A DNA stretch of 64,000 nucleotides from Candidatus Zambryskibacteria bacterium RIFCSPLOWO2_01_FULL_39_39 (GCA_001823925.1 MHWB01000013.1:9338-73337), one strand, 5' to 3'. Positions 8,541 through 18,716 are shown, counted from the first letter of the stretch. Numbers and translations are program-made. Notes: generated by a model not told the origin, from the sequence alone.

Positions 8541-10954
8541 CATTTAAACAACTCAAAGAAATATCCGCGCCACATTTTTACTGCTTTTCTTTAGATAAGT
8601 TTTTTCCTAAAACTTTGCGTAATGTTTTAAGGAAGGCTGCGGCTTTGGCCGCTCTCGTCTCCTTTGCTTTTTCTTTTGATTCATTGCCACTTTACTTGGG
8701 ACTTGCTGATGGTTTGTTTTTCCTTTTTATTTTTATTTACCTCACACTTTCTTTTTTGGAATTTTTCTATAGATCAATGATAAATGAAGGCTTACAGACG
8801 AGGATCAACGAAAAACTTTTGGGTGGTGAAAAAAATATTGACTATGCCCTCTCCAGTATTTTATTTGCCACTTCCGAGATTGATGTCACGCTAGCTTTTT
8901 TTGAAACCAGAGTGGGTATAGAAACTTTGCTGAGGTCTGGTTTAGATTTGGCAGAATTAAAAAATTTTGTTTATTCCGAAAGAACTCCAATCGTAGCTTC
9001 TTCTCTAAACCTTCCGAATGATTTTGTCGATCTCCCAAGTTTCGCTAGTCTTGTTTATGAGGCCGACAAATCTTTGCGAGCCTTTCTCTCTAAAAATTCT
9101 ATAAATAAAGAAGAATTTATCGGAGCGGTAAATTGGGTGATGAATACGGAAAACCAAAAGATACATAAAGATAGATTTTGGAGCCGAGAAAATTTGGGAG
9201 CAATACCATCGATTGGCACTAGTTGGTCATATGGAGTCTCTGCCGATCTGGGTAAGTATGGGGTCTCTTTTGATCGCTTGAGTAATGTTTCCTCGCTTCT
9301 CATTGAAAATGGTTATCGCAATAGGGAAGTAACAGCTCTTGAAAATGTTTTACTTCGGAGAGAAGAGGCTAATGTCATCATTATCGATGATAGCGAAGAC
9401 GTGGTGAGGGACATTGTCGGTCGATTCTTAAAAAAAATTAGACTTGGTATCTCCCTCCCAGCTTTTGAGCATAAAAATATTATTGAACTAGATTGGACAT
9501 CTTTAACCACCTCTTATAAAAACAAAAGCGAACTTGAGGCCGAGATTTTAAAAATTTTAAATCAGTCTATTTCGGCCGGTAATATTATTTTATATATAAG
9601 AGATTTGTCTGGGTTTGTGTCGAGCGTCAAATCTTTGGGTGTAAATTTACCATCTCTTATCTCTCCTTATCTTTCTTCAAAAAATTTATCGGTGATTGCT
9701 TCAGCCACCAATGCTGATTTTCATTTTTTTATTGAAACCACACCCTCTCTTTTAGAAAAATTTGAGAGAATTGTGCCTGATGCTCTTGGAGCAGAAGCTT
9801 CGGTAGCTGTCTTATTGGAACAAATACCTTCTATTGAAAAACAGTATGGTTTAATTTTTTCTTTCCCAAGTATTTTGAGTTTAACCAAAACTGCTGATCG
9901 TTTTATAAGTTACGGTGAAATGCCCGGCAAAGCTCTTGATATGTTGATTGAGATAACTCCATGGGCTATTGAAAGAAATATAGAGGTCTTAAAAGAGAAT
10001 GATGTTTCGGTATTTGTCTCGGAAAAAACAGGCATTGTGACTGGAGACATTAAAGAAAAGGAGGCGGGCAAAATAGAGCATTTAGAAGAATTGTTGCATC
10101 AAAGAGTAGTCGGCCAAAATGAAGCCGTAGATAGTATTGCGGGCGCCGTGAGAAGAGCGCGTTCTGGCGTAGGCAACCCCAAACGGCCACTTTCTTCATT
10201 CCTCTTTATTGGACCGACAGGGGTTGGTAAGACAGAAGTCTCTAAAGCTTTGGCTGAGAGTTTTTTTGGTGATGAAAAAAAGATGATTCGTTTTGATATG
10301 TCTGAATATAATGGGCCCGAAGCAGCCAGCCAGCTTATTGGAGATTTTGCGATGAATAAAAGTGGTTTGCTTGCAAGTAAGGTCAGAGACAATCCATACA
10401 GCGTACTTTTGTTGGATGAATTTGAAAAGGCAGCAAGAGATGTCTTGGATTTGTTCCTTCAAATTTTAGATGAAGGTGTTTTCACTGATGCTTTGGGTAG
10501 ACAGGTTGGGTGTCGCAACCTTATCATCATCGCCACTTCAAATGCGGGGAGTTCTTTTATTTGGGAAAGTATAAAACAAGGAAAAAATTTAATACAAGAA
10601 AAAGATAAAATAATAAATAAAATTATAGAAGAAAAAATATTTAGACCAGAACTTATAAATCGTTTTGATGGAGTTATCCTTTTTCATCCTCTAGAAAAAA
10701 AGGAACTTGAAGATATTGCTCGCTTGGAACTTGAAAAATTAAGAAAGAGGCTCTCGGATCAGAATATTGAATTTGTAATAAATGAAGAAGTGATAAATTT
10801 TTTGGTTGAGAAGGGGAGTGACCCGGAGTTTGGTGGGCGTTCTGTGAATCGGGCGATTCAAGACAAGATAGAAAACCTTGTTGCCAGAAAGATCGTAAGC
10901 GGGGAGACTCTACCCGGAAGTAAAATTGAAATCAAAAAAGAGGAACTTCTATAA
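8537..10954 (+). CDS. ClpA/ClpB-like AAA+ ATPase with N-terminal TM segments
   Basis: Second AAA module intact (GPTGVGKT, RFDMSEY, LLLDEFEKA, FRPELINR); first module lacks Walker A. Confidence 0.88.
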   Translation: MTFKQLKEISAPHFYCFSLDKFFPKTLRNVLRKAAALAALVSFAFSFDSLPLYLGLADGLFFLFIFIYLTLSFLEFFYRSMINEGLQTRINEKLLGGEKNIDYALSSILFATSEIDVTLAFFETRVGIETLLRSGLDLAELKNFVYSERTPIVASSLNLPNDFVDLPSFASLVYEADKSLRAFLSKNSINKEEFIGAVNWVMNTENQKIHKDRFWSRENLGAIPSIGTSWSYGVSADLGKYGVSFDRLSNVSSLLIENGYRNREVTALENVLLRREEANVIIIDDSEDVVRDIVGRFLKKIRLGISLPAFEHKNIIELDWTSLTTSYKNKSELEAEILKILNQSISAGNIILYIRDLSGFVSSVKSLGVNLPSLISPYLSSKNLSVIASATNADFHFFIETTPSLLEKFERIVPDALGAEASVAVLLEQIPSIEKQYGLIFSFPSILSLTKTADRFISYGEMPGKALDMLIEITPWAIERNIEVLKENDVSVFVSEKTGIVTGDIKEKEAGKIEHLEELLHQRVVGQNEAVDSIAGAVRRARSGVGNPKRPLSSFLFIGPTGVGKTEVSKALAESFFGDEKKMIRFDMSEYNGPEAASQLIGDFAMNKSGLLASKVRDNPYSVLLLDEFEKAARDVLDLFLQILDEGVFTDALGRQVGCRNLIIIATSNAGSSFIWESIKQGKNLIQEKDKIINKIIEEKIFRPELINRFDGVILFHPLEKKELEDIARLELEKLRKRLSDQNIEFVINEEVINFLVEKGSDPEFGGRSVNRAIQDKIENLVARKIVSGETLPGSKIEIKKEELL

Positions 10955-11287
10955 AATGGCTATTTTAAGCCATTTTGTGTCACGGCTACATACAAAATTA
11001 TTTTTCATGTCGAAATACTTGACATATTTTGTGGTTGTGCTATATTTGTATGCAGAAGGGTTGGGCTGAAACCTGACCCTCCGGGAGAAGAAAATGACCC
11101 ATTGTACCCATTCGGCTTCCACAGCCAAAAACTAATTGCACTCGCCGGCGCCGGCCGTCCCCAAATCTTCTAACGGAGACAAAGGACAACAAGCGTGAAA
11201 AGCCCCCATTTCTCAGTATCCTCTTAGATTCGTTCTTTGAGGCTCTACAGGAAGCGGGGGCTTTATTTTTTATGTTAAGATAAAAAA

Positions 11288-12355
11288 ATGAATTTTTGGA
11301 ATGAAATGAAAAAGCCGATACTTTGTCTCGCGCCATTAGCAGATGTTACTGATGTGGCTTTTAGGCATATTATTGCTAAATATTCGAAAGAAATGTCAAA
11401 GGGCGCCTTCGAAATGCCCCGGTCCCAGAAGGCGCCCTTTGACATTTCTACCTACGTTACTTATACCGAATTTGTTTCGGCCGATGGACTTGTTTTGGCT
11501 CCGGAAACAGGTAGGAGAAGACTCTTAAAAGATTTGGAATATTCTGAAATAGAAAGGCCGATCGTGGCACAACTTTTTAGCAGTAATCCAGAGAATATGA
11601 AAAAAGTTGCTTCTCTTGTTATGGAATTAGGTTTTGATGGTGTAGATATAAATATGGGTTGTCCCGATAAAAGTGTAGAGAAGCAGGGAGCTGGTGCCGC
11701 CCTTATAAAGAACCCAAAGCTTGCAAGAGAAATAATAAGATATGCAAAGACAGGTATAAAAGAAGCAGCAGAGAGGCTGGGTAAAGAAGAAATACCGCTG
11801 TCAGTAAAAACCAGACTTGGTTATAACGATGATGAGTTAGAAAGTTGGTTGCCAGAATTATTGGCGGAAAATCCGGCAGCTATTATTATCCATGCTCGCA
11901 CAAGGAAAGAAATGTCTAAAGTCCCTGCTCGTTGGGAGCGTATCAGACGTGCCGTTGAGATAAGGGATGAAGTGTCAAGGTTCAACCTTGACACTCAAAA
12001 AACTTTAATAATTGGTAATGGAGATGTTTTAGATGTTGCAGATGCAATAAAAAAATGTGAAGAGAGTGGCGCAGACGGGGCCATGCTCGGGAGAGCAGTT
12101 TTTGGCAATCCTTGGCTCTTTTCTACCCACGTGCCGACCGCTTCCGAAAAATTAAAAGTCTTGCTGGAACATATTAAACTTTTTGAAGAAAAATTGGGTG
12201 GGGTAAAAAATTTTGCTGTTATGAAAAAACATTTCAAAGCTTACCTTTCTGGTTTTCCTGTTGGTAGTGATTTTAGACTAAAAGAATTAAGAGATAGGCT
12301 CATGCAAACAAAGGACGCTAAAGATGCGGAGATTTTGTTAAGCGAATACTTATAA
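11288..12355 (+). CDS. dus: tRNA-dihydrouridine synthase
   Basis: LAPLADVTD, YTEFVS, DINMGCP, IHART and GNGDV motifs. Confidence 0.95.
   Translation: MNFWNEMKKPILCLAPLADVTDVAFRHIIAKYSKEMSKGAFEMPRSQKAPFDISTYVTYTEFVSADGLVLAPETGRRRLLKDLEYSEIERPIVAQLFSSNPENMKKVASLVMELGFDGVDINMGCPDKSVEKQGAGAALIKNPKLAREIIRYAKTGIKEAAERLGKEEIPLSVKTRLGYNDDELESWLPELLAENPAAIIIHARTRKEMSKVPARWERIRRAVEIRDEVSRFNLDTQKTLIIGNGDVLDVADAIKKCEESGADGAMLGRAVFGNPWLFSTHVPTASEKLKVLLEHIKLFEEKLGGVKNFAVMKKHFKAYLSGFPVGSDFRLKELRDRLMQTKDAKDAEILLSEYL
11389..11449. repeat. 61-bp hairpin in frame in dus
   Basis: 22-bp perfect stem AGAAATGTCAAAGGGCGCCTTC, loop GAAATGCCCCGGTCCCA. Confidence 0.92.
11971..11995. repeat. Short palindrome in frame in dus
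   Basis: AGTGTCAAGGT-TCA-ACCTTGACACT; matches 4229-4251. Confidence 0.75.
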
Positions 12356-12842
12356 AAAGCCAAAAAAGTCCAACTGTATATCCAATCAAAACATCAGATA
12401 AATAGTGCACTCCCAAATACAGCCGACTTAAACCGATTAGTACAATCAAGACGGCAAGGAAAATAATAAATGGGTTTCGAAGATGGTGTTTGTCATGCTT
12501 CCAAATAACATAAAAAATAAATCCATATAAAGCCATCGCCACCGTCGCATGTCCACTTGGGAAAGAGAATGAATTTTCGATATAGATTGCCTCAACAGGC
12601 CTTGCCCTGTAAAAAATATTTTTAAGAATAAAAGTTGAAATGGTGCTACCAGCTACTGTCAAAAAAAGAGGCAAAATCCTGTATGTATGCTTGTGAATAT
12701 AGAAAGAGATTGCAGAAAGAAGGGAGAGACTGCCTGCGACCAAGTAGCTTCCGGCATAGGTGATAACAAGCATCAAAAAAGAGAGCCACTCTACTCTGTT
12801 GTTGGTGAAAAAATTTAAAACAGCTTGGTCAATCGCTTGCAT
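12318..12842 (-). CDS. PAP2 family phosphatase
   Basis: KNIFYRARP, SFPSGH and SRLYLGVHYLSDV motifs. Confidence 0.93.
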   Translation of the reverse strand: MQAIDQAVLNFFTNNRVEWLSFLMLVITYAGSYLVAGSLSLLSAISFYIHKHTYRILPLFLTVAGSTISTFILKNIFYRARPVEAIYIENSFSFPSGHATVAMALYGFIFYVIWKHDKHHLRNPFIIFLAVLIVLIGLSRLYLGVHYLSDVLIGYTVGLFWLFISIRLTKSPHL

Positions 12843-12991
12843 GCAGATATTATACTTTATTTGCATAAATTTGTGTTTATGCTATTCTAAAAAAAGACAA
12901 GTACCACTGAAACTAAAAGAGAAAACTACAAAGTTTTTATATGCAGATTTCTCCTTTAGCTTCAAAAATAAAATAAGAAAGGATGCACTAA

Positions 12992-13387
12992 ATGATAAGA
13001 CGAGGATTAGTGGCTTTGACAATAATCGCCATCAGGACTTCTGATGCCTCCAAGCCCATGGCTTTGGGGGCGAAAGATATTCCTAGTTGTCAGATTTTGG
13101 GAGAGGCAGAGGTGACATATTATGGTGGAGATTTTCACGGCAGGCCAATGGCCAACGGGAAGGTTTTTGACAAAGAAGACCCAACCATTGTTGCTTCGCC
13201 GATTTTAGACATGGGCAGACGAGTGAGGATCACACACGTTGCAAACAGGAAGAGCATTGAAGTAGTGGTCCAAGACAGGATGCCCAAAGATGCTCCTCTC
13301 AACGCTTTGGATGTTTCTGAGGCAGCCGCTCGTAAGCTCGGGATTCAGACAGTTGGTCGAGCTAGGCTCTTTGTAGAAGCGTACTAA
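12992..13387 (+). CDS. RlpA-like double-psi beta-barrel lytic transglycosylase
   Basis: TYYGGDFHGRPMANG, VVVQDR, LDVSEAAARKLG. Confidence 0.85.
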   Translation: MIRRGLVALTIIAIRTSDASKPMALGAKDIPSCQILGEAEVTYYGGDFHGRPMANGKVFDKEDPTIVASPILDMGRRVRITHVANRKSIEVVVQDRMPKDAPLNALDVSEAAARKLGIQTVGRARLFVEAY

Positions 13388-13419
13388 GCTCGGAGAGTTT
13401 GTCTTCCTTTCAAATACTG

Positions 13420-13465
13420 TGCTCCCAGATTTAGAGGCTCATCCTCTGATTTGGGAGTATTTTTT
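13420..13465 (+). terminator. Probable intrinsic terminator
   Basis: CTCCCAGAT...ATTTGGGAG stem followed by a T-tract after the RlpA-like gene. Confidence 0.55.
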
Positions 13466-13547
13466 ATATTTTGCTTTCAGACTCTTTTTTGATACAATGG
13501 CGATGTTCTTTAAAAAAGTACGTTTGAAAATTAAATGATCATTTGGC

Positions 13548-13619
13548 TCCGGGATAGCTCAGCGGTAGAGCGATCGCCTGTTAAGCGATTGGTCGTAGGT
13601 TCGATCCCTACTCCCGGAG
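13548..13619 (+). tRNA. tRNA-Asn(GTT)
   Basis: TCCGGGA/TCCCGGA acceptor stem, ATCGC-CTGTTAA-GCGAT anticodon arm, GGTTCGATCC T-arm; CCA not encoded. Confidence 0.97.
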
Positions 13620-13866
13620 CAAAGGTCGTGAATTGGACACAATGTGTTCGAGTCGTGGCTTAACTGAAGACTTTTTTGAGGTTCGAGAATCATCTCGGAG
13701 TTCCGAAGGTCTTAACGGATAATCAAGGTTCAATGAATGCAAATCACCGCTTGAAATAATCATTTCGGCGGTTTTTTGCACCGGTTCGAGAACTGCATTG
13801 ACCTTTGGCATCTGAGCTAATTGACGTCGAGTTGAGAATATACTAGTATCTTTACTGGAGGTTACC

Positions 13867-14145
13867 ATGCGAAAGTTGGAGATGCGTGAAGTAGAGACGG
13901 GATATTGCGACTTCTGTAAAGAAAAGGCGTCTCACCTGAAAAAATGTGCAATCTGTAAACGCGAAATGTGTGGAAGGGGTGGCTATAGCGAGCATTCTGC
14001 ATATGGCATGGAAGTCTACAGATACGGGGATGCAAACCGCCTGGTGAGTAGCCACATCTGCAAAGAGTGTGTCGACAAATCGCTTACCATCACGGTGGGT
14101 GAATTGTTTGAGGGAATATTGGGGCCTACCCCAATACAACTCTAG
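13867..14145 (+). CDS. Small Cys-rich putative zinc-binding protein
   Basis: CDFC, CAIC and HICKEC; GGAGG RBS. Confidence 0.65.
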   Translation: MRKLEMREVETGYCDFCKEKASHLKKCAICKREMCGRGGYSEHSAYGMEVYRYGDANRLVSSHICKECVDKSLTITVGELFEGILGPTPIQL

Positions 14146-14283
14146 TGGTGCTTGTCCGCCCGAGAGCCGCTCGCTTCTCGAGCGGTTTTCTTTATATAAT
14201 TTATTCAAACAATTCCTAAAAAATCATCTATTTACAAAAGAAAATAAAATACTCGATGCATTTGAGGTGCATCGAGCGTGTAT

Positions 14284-14733
14284 CTAAATAATAATGTTTT
14301 TTCGACGCAATCGTCGTAGCTGTTGAGAGATAGAATCAATTGACCTGCCAGGAAAGCGTTCATTCAAAAATAAGCTTCTGGCAGTGTAACCACATACACT
14401 GACCAAATGTATGAGATTTCTGACCTCTGCCGTTTTCCATTGATGGATGTGGCGCCTTTTCGGTTTCCATATCTCCGCTCGTATTGCCTTGTTTCTTATG
14501 GCAATTTTGGTTCTCCCGGGAATATCAATTTCCCAAGGTTTTTTACCTTCTGAAACTAATTTTTCAAGAATGGTCAACTCACTTCTCTTCCATCGTTTTA
14601 TATATAGACCAAGTTGGTACACCTGATAGCGAATTGATATGTGAGTACGATCTCCGATCTGAACTTCTTTGATCGGCACACCACTCCTCATTTGTTTTCG
14701 CAGTTTTCGTTTCTCTTGCGCGGTCCACAGCAT
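14284..14733 (-). CDS. Protein with tandem Myb/HTH-like repeats
   Basis: Three repeats of W(T/K)xxE...L...G...(D/G)R(T/S)xx(S/A)I. Confidence 0.65.
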   Translation of the reverse strand: MLWTAQEKRKLRKQMRSGVPIKEVQIGDRTHISIRYQVYQLGLYIKRWKRSELTILEKLVSEGKKPWEIDIPGRTKIAIRNKAIRAEIWKPKRRHIHQWKTAEVRNLIHLVSVCGYTARSLFLNERFPGRSIDSISQQLRRLRRKNIII

Positions 14734-14916
14734 AAGTACTTTCCTCCCACACTTAAAGTATCATAAAGTAAATCAAGACTCAATCTGTTAAAACAAGGGC
14801 CAGTAAGCTCATTAAAGATATACCCAAGCCCTGTAGATATGGCAATAAATATGGTATACAATTATTGTTGTAACTGTTCTCTATATTATTTTATTATTTA
14901 AAAATTAAAAAATATT

Positions 14917-16458
14917 ATGAAAAAAATAATCACACTCTCTGTACTTGCATTTTTCTTAAGTTTCGTATCCTTGGTGTCTTTTGAAAGTGTAGAAGCACAG
15001 ACAGATAGTACCTGTCCTTCTATTGCGCCATATAGATGCAATAACGGATCTTGTACAAATGATGCCGCTCTTTGCGATCAGTCTTGGGGGGGTGGACTAA
15101 ATACAGACCCAGGAGGTACCACAACTGGTGGCACAACGACAGTTACTCCTCCTTCTACAAACAATAGTACTTTTGGTAGTCAGTGCACAGGAAATATAAG
15201 ATACGATGCCGCAACAGCAAAGGCTTGTGCAGACTTGGCAGAAGCTCAAGGTAAAGCTCTTGGCTATAATATAGATTGTTCAGTAGAAACTAGGTCAGAG
15301 CAATTGTCTTTAAATTCAAGTCCTACGGGAGAGACGGTCAATGCCTACTATGGCGCTTGTACAGTAAATGGTGTATCTGGATTTTATGATATAGACCTCG
15401 TAGGTTATACAGGTACAGGGGCTGCAGTTCAGAGATATCCAGGGAAAACTGGTTATGATGCCAATGATTATATTTTTGGAAGCAACTATCAAAGAAGTGC
15501 TGGTTGGAATATTTTGCCTTGTGATCTTGCGAACACTGCGTCTGGATCGGCTGGGGTAACGGCTGGTTCTGGTAATTGTGCTATTGGTGCAAGTAATTAT
15601 TTTGGCACTTCAAATCCTTCAGGCTGGAGTCCTAGGACCACAACTTCTATAAATAAACCGCTGGGTAGTATAACTTCTGGATCGGCCGGATCAGCTGGTG
15701 GTACAACAGTAGGAACCAACATCTACGGTAGCGCGGGTTCGGCTGGTGGCTATGTAAACCAACTTCTTGCTCTTCTAAATAAAATTATTGCCGACTTTAA
15801 ACAACTATCTTCTTCAATCACATTATCTACTCCAATTGTGGGTAGTAATAACACAACCAACACCACTAATACAACAATCCCGAACTCTTCTGACCCCAAT
15901 TACTATGCTCTGGGTGATCTTGTAACAGATAAAACAAGTTATTGCGTGGGAGACACACCAAGGTATACTCTCACAGGTGGTCCTGGTCTTGCGGGATATA
16001 AAATCCTTTGGACTTCTTACTTTAATAATGTAATTACAAAAGAAATAGACGCAGACTATGGGTTCAAACTTGCAAGTAATGGCACCGGTTCATCGTGGAC
16101 GGCTTATGGCTCTACTTGGGACTCTTCAAATATAGGTAATTGGGAAAAGGTAGCCAATGTTGGCGGCGGGTTAAAAAGAGCGAGCTTTACTGTAAAGAGT
16201 TGTAATGCTCCTACGGTCACCGTTACCACTTGTAGTCCTAAAATGCAAAGAAGAGGGACATTTTCTGTAGCCTCTTGGACAGGTAGCGGAGCAGGCCCTA
16301 CTTATGATTGGGTAGCACCAGGTAGTACTAAAGTATTTGGATCTGGCAGTAATTTTGGTACATCCTATGCAGTACTTGGCACTTACTATGTCACGGTGCT
16401 CAGTAATGGTAAAAGTGATACTTGTAGCATTGTTATTGATCAGCAAAATGCTCCCTAA
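14917..16458 (+). CDS. Secreted Thr/Ser/Gly-rich surface protein
   Basis: Signal peptide, Cys pairs, low-complexity linkers, Ig/PKD-like C-terminus. Confidence 0.75.
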   Translation: MKKIITLSVLAFFLSFVSLVSFESVEAQTDSTCPSIAPYRCNNGSCTNDAALCDQSWGGGLNTDPGGTTTGGTTTVTPPSTNNSTFGSQCTGNIRYDAATAKACADLAEAQGKALGYNIDCSVETRSEQLSLNSSPTGETVNAYYGACTVNGVSGFYDIDLVGYTGTGAAVQRYPGKTGYDANDYIFGSNYQRSAGWNILPCDLANTASGSAGVTAGSGNCAIGASNYFGTSNPSGWSPRTTTSINKPLGSITSGSAGSAGGTTVGTNIYGSAGSAGGYVNQLLALLNKIIADFKQLSSSITLSTPIVGSNNTTNTTNTTIPNSSDPNYYALGDLVTDKTSYCVGDTPRYTLTGGPGLAGYKILWTSYFNNVITKEIDADYGFKLASNGTGSSWTAYGSTWDSSNIGNWEKVANVGGGLKRASFTVKSCNAPTVTVTTCSPKMQRRGTFSVASWTGSGAGPTYDWVAPGSTKVFGSGSNFGTSYAVLGTYYVTVLSNGKSDTCSIVIDQQNAP

Positions 16459-16482
16459 CAAAATCTGCTATACTCTTTAAGT

Positions 16483-17349
16483 ATGAAAACAAAAGGTTCC
16501 GATAAGACCCTAGTTGTATTTGGGGTGATAATTGTATCTCTCTTAGGTTTTTTAATTTGGGGCTATAGTCAATATACCACTCTGGATAAATTACAAAAAG
16601 AATTAATCTTAGAAAAAAAGACAGTAGAAGAAGATTTAAAGGCTAAGACTGAAGAAAATGTATACATATTTTCTAAACTAACGGCAGAGCAACAAAAAAA
16701 TCTGAGCTTTGAGAATCAAATAAAAGATATAACAAGCCAAGTGGGAACACTGGACAAATTATCTAAAACTGACAAGGAACTTCTGCAAAAGTATTCTAAA
16801 GTATATTTCTTAAATGAAAATTATGTGCCAGAATCACTGGCTCCAGTTCCCAATGAGTTTATTTACGAAAAAGATAAACAAATACAAATTCATACCAAAG
16901 TTTTATCAAATCTTACAGATCTTCTCAGGTCGGCTCAAAATAATAGTATGGATCTAAAAATAATTTCTGGTTTTAGGTCGTTTGGAGAACAGAGTGTTTT
17001 AAAAGGTGCTTATACTGTAAGTTTTGGTAGTGATGCCAATAAATTTTCGGCTGATCAGGGATATTCAGAACATCAACTGGGCACAACTGTTGACTTTACT
17101 ACCGCTTCTGTCGGCGCCACTTTTTCTGGATTTTCTAAGACCAAAGAATATGAGTGGTTGCTTCAAAACGCTTACAAATACGGATTTATAATCTCATATC
17201 CAGAGGGAAATGCTTATTATCAATTTGAACCTTGGCACTTTCGTTTTGTTGGCAAGCAGTTGGCAGAAAGACTTTATGTAGAAAAGCAAAATTTTTATGA
17301 TTTAGATCAACGTAAGATAGACGCCTATCTTATAAATATTTTTGATTGA
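16483..17349 (+). CDS. M15B (VanY-like) D-Ala-D-Ala carboxypeptidase
   Basis: SGFRS, SEHQLGTTVD and EPWHFRFVG motifs; N-terminal TM and coiled coil. Confidence 0.92.
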   Translation: MKTKGSDKTLVVFGVIIVSLLGFLIWGYSQYTTLDKLQKELILEKKTVEEDLKAKTEENVYIFSKLTAEQQKNLSFENQIKDITSQVGTLDKLSKTDKELLQKYSKVYFLNENYVPESLAPVPNEFIYEKDKQIQIHTKVLSNLTDLLRSAQNNSMDLKIISGFRSFGEQSVLKGAYTVSFGSDANKFSADQGYSEHQLGTTVDFTTASVGATFSGFSKTKEYEWLLQNAYKYGFIISYPEGNAYYQFEPWHFRFVGKQLAERLYVEKQNFYDLDQRKIDAYLINIFD

Positions 17350-17418
17350 CTTTTTAGTATAAAAGATGGAATTCTGCTAGACTTAGCGTAGAGTTGTACT
17401 TTTGGAAAGGAGAAGCAA

Positions 17419-18243
17419 ATGCTCTTTGGTGTTTCTTTTGATCTATCTTCTTGGGTATCTTGGATCTCGGATTTGCCTGGGTGGTTTTGGTTTTGGTCGT
17501 ATGTCATTGTGACAGGACACATAACCACAGAGACGGTGACGATATATCTACATCGGTATCAAACTCACCGGTCGGTGTTGTATCTTGCTCCCCTAGTTGA
17601 ACATCTCTGCAGGTTTTGGGGATGGTTTTTTACGAGTATTAATACTCGGCAATGGGTCTCTGTCCATCGCAAACATCACCACTTAGTGGATAAAAAAGGA
17701 GATCCCCATTCTCCGTTTATGGAAGGGATATTCCCGATTCTTTTTGCTGGCGTCTGGTATTACCGACGTGAAGCTCACAATCCAGAGACAATAAAAAATT
17801 ACCAATTACCAACACTGCCAAATGACTGGATGGAAAAAAACATCTATGTTCCGTTTCAGTATGTTGGCGTTTTGGTACTTCTCGCAATCAATATCTCCTT
17901 CTGTGCTTGGAAATTTGATTGGTGGTGGGGGGTAGTGGCCTGGGCCCTCCAAATGATCTGGATTCCATTTTTTGCGGCAGGAGTGCTGAATGGTTTGGGG
18001 CATTACTTTGGTTATCGCAATTTTGAAACCAAAGACGCTTCCAGAAACATTCATATTTTTTCTTGGGTGTTTACTTTCTTGTTTATATTTACAGGAGGGG
18101 AGGAGCATCACAACAACCACCACGAGGAGACGAACTCGCCCAAATTTTCAGCCAAATGGTGGGAGTTTGATATAAGTTGGCTGTATTTGAAGTTGCTAGA
18201 AGCTTTTGGGCTAGCCAAACTTAGACCAGTGAGAATTATGTGA
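17419..18243 (+). CDS. Membrane fatty-acid (delta-9 acyl-CoA type) desaturase
   Basis: His boxes HRYQTH, HRKHH and EEHHNNHH; DPHSP. Confidence 0.93.
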   Translation: MLFGVSFDLSSWVSWISDLPGWFWFWSYVIVTGHITTETVTIYLHRYQTHRSVLYLAPLVEHLCRFWGWFFTSINTRQWVSVHRKHHHLVDKKGDPHSPFMEGIFPILFAGVWYYRREAHNPETIKNYQLPTLPNDWMEKNIYVPFQYVGVLVLLAINISFCAWKFDWWWGVVAWALQMIWIPFFAAGVLNGLGHYFGYRNFETKDASRNIHIFSWVFTFLFIFTGGEEHHNNHHEETNSPKFSAKWWEFDISWLYLKLLEAFGLAKLRPVRIM

Positions 18244-18272
18244 AGCGGGCGGAAGGTGGTTGTCGCAGATTG

Positions 18273-18315
18273 ACCCGGTTGCAAGAAAGGAGCTTGTCCT
18301 TGCAACCGGGTTTTT
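18273..18315 (+). terminator. Intrinsic terminator
   Basis: ACCCGGTTGCAAG...CTTGCAACCGGGT 13-bp stem plus T-tract. Confidence 0.7.
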
Positions 18316-18347
18316 GCATAAAATTTTAGGAGAGTTATAATTAGGGT

Positions 18348-18713
18348 ATGAAGATAAACACAAAAGCTACTGGCATCTCGCTCACACCCGCGATATCTGA
18401 ATACATTGAAAAGAAAGTAAATATGCTCGATAAATTTTTTCGGGGAGAAGAAGCTTTAGTAAACATAGAAGTCGGTAGAACAACTAGGCACCATAAATCA
18501 GGAGATATTTTTAGAGCTGAAATCCGCGTCAATGTAAGCGGAGAAGAATATTATGCTGTAGCAGAGACTGAGGACTTATATGCCTCTATTGATAAAGTCA
18601 AAGATGAGATAATTCGTGAGCTCACTTCTCAAAGAAAAAGAGCTAAAAGACTTTTTCGCAAGGGTGCCGCTAAAATTAAAAACTTATTAAAAGGACTTAT
18701 AAGTAGAAAATAA
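18348..18713 (+). CDS. raiA: Ribosome hibernation factor (HPF/RaiA)
   Basis: TPAISEYIEKK, AETEDLYASID. Confidence 0.92.
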   Translation: MKINTKATGISLTPAISEYIEKKVNMLDKFFRGEEALVNIEVGRTTRHHKSGDIFRAEIRVNVSGEEYYAVAETEDLYASIDKVKDEIIRELTSQRKRAKRLFRKGAAKIKNLLKGLISRK

Positions 18714-18716
18714 TTT

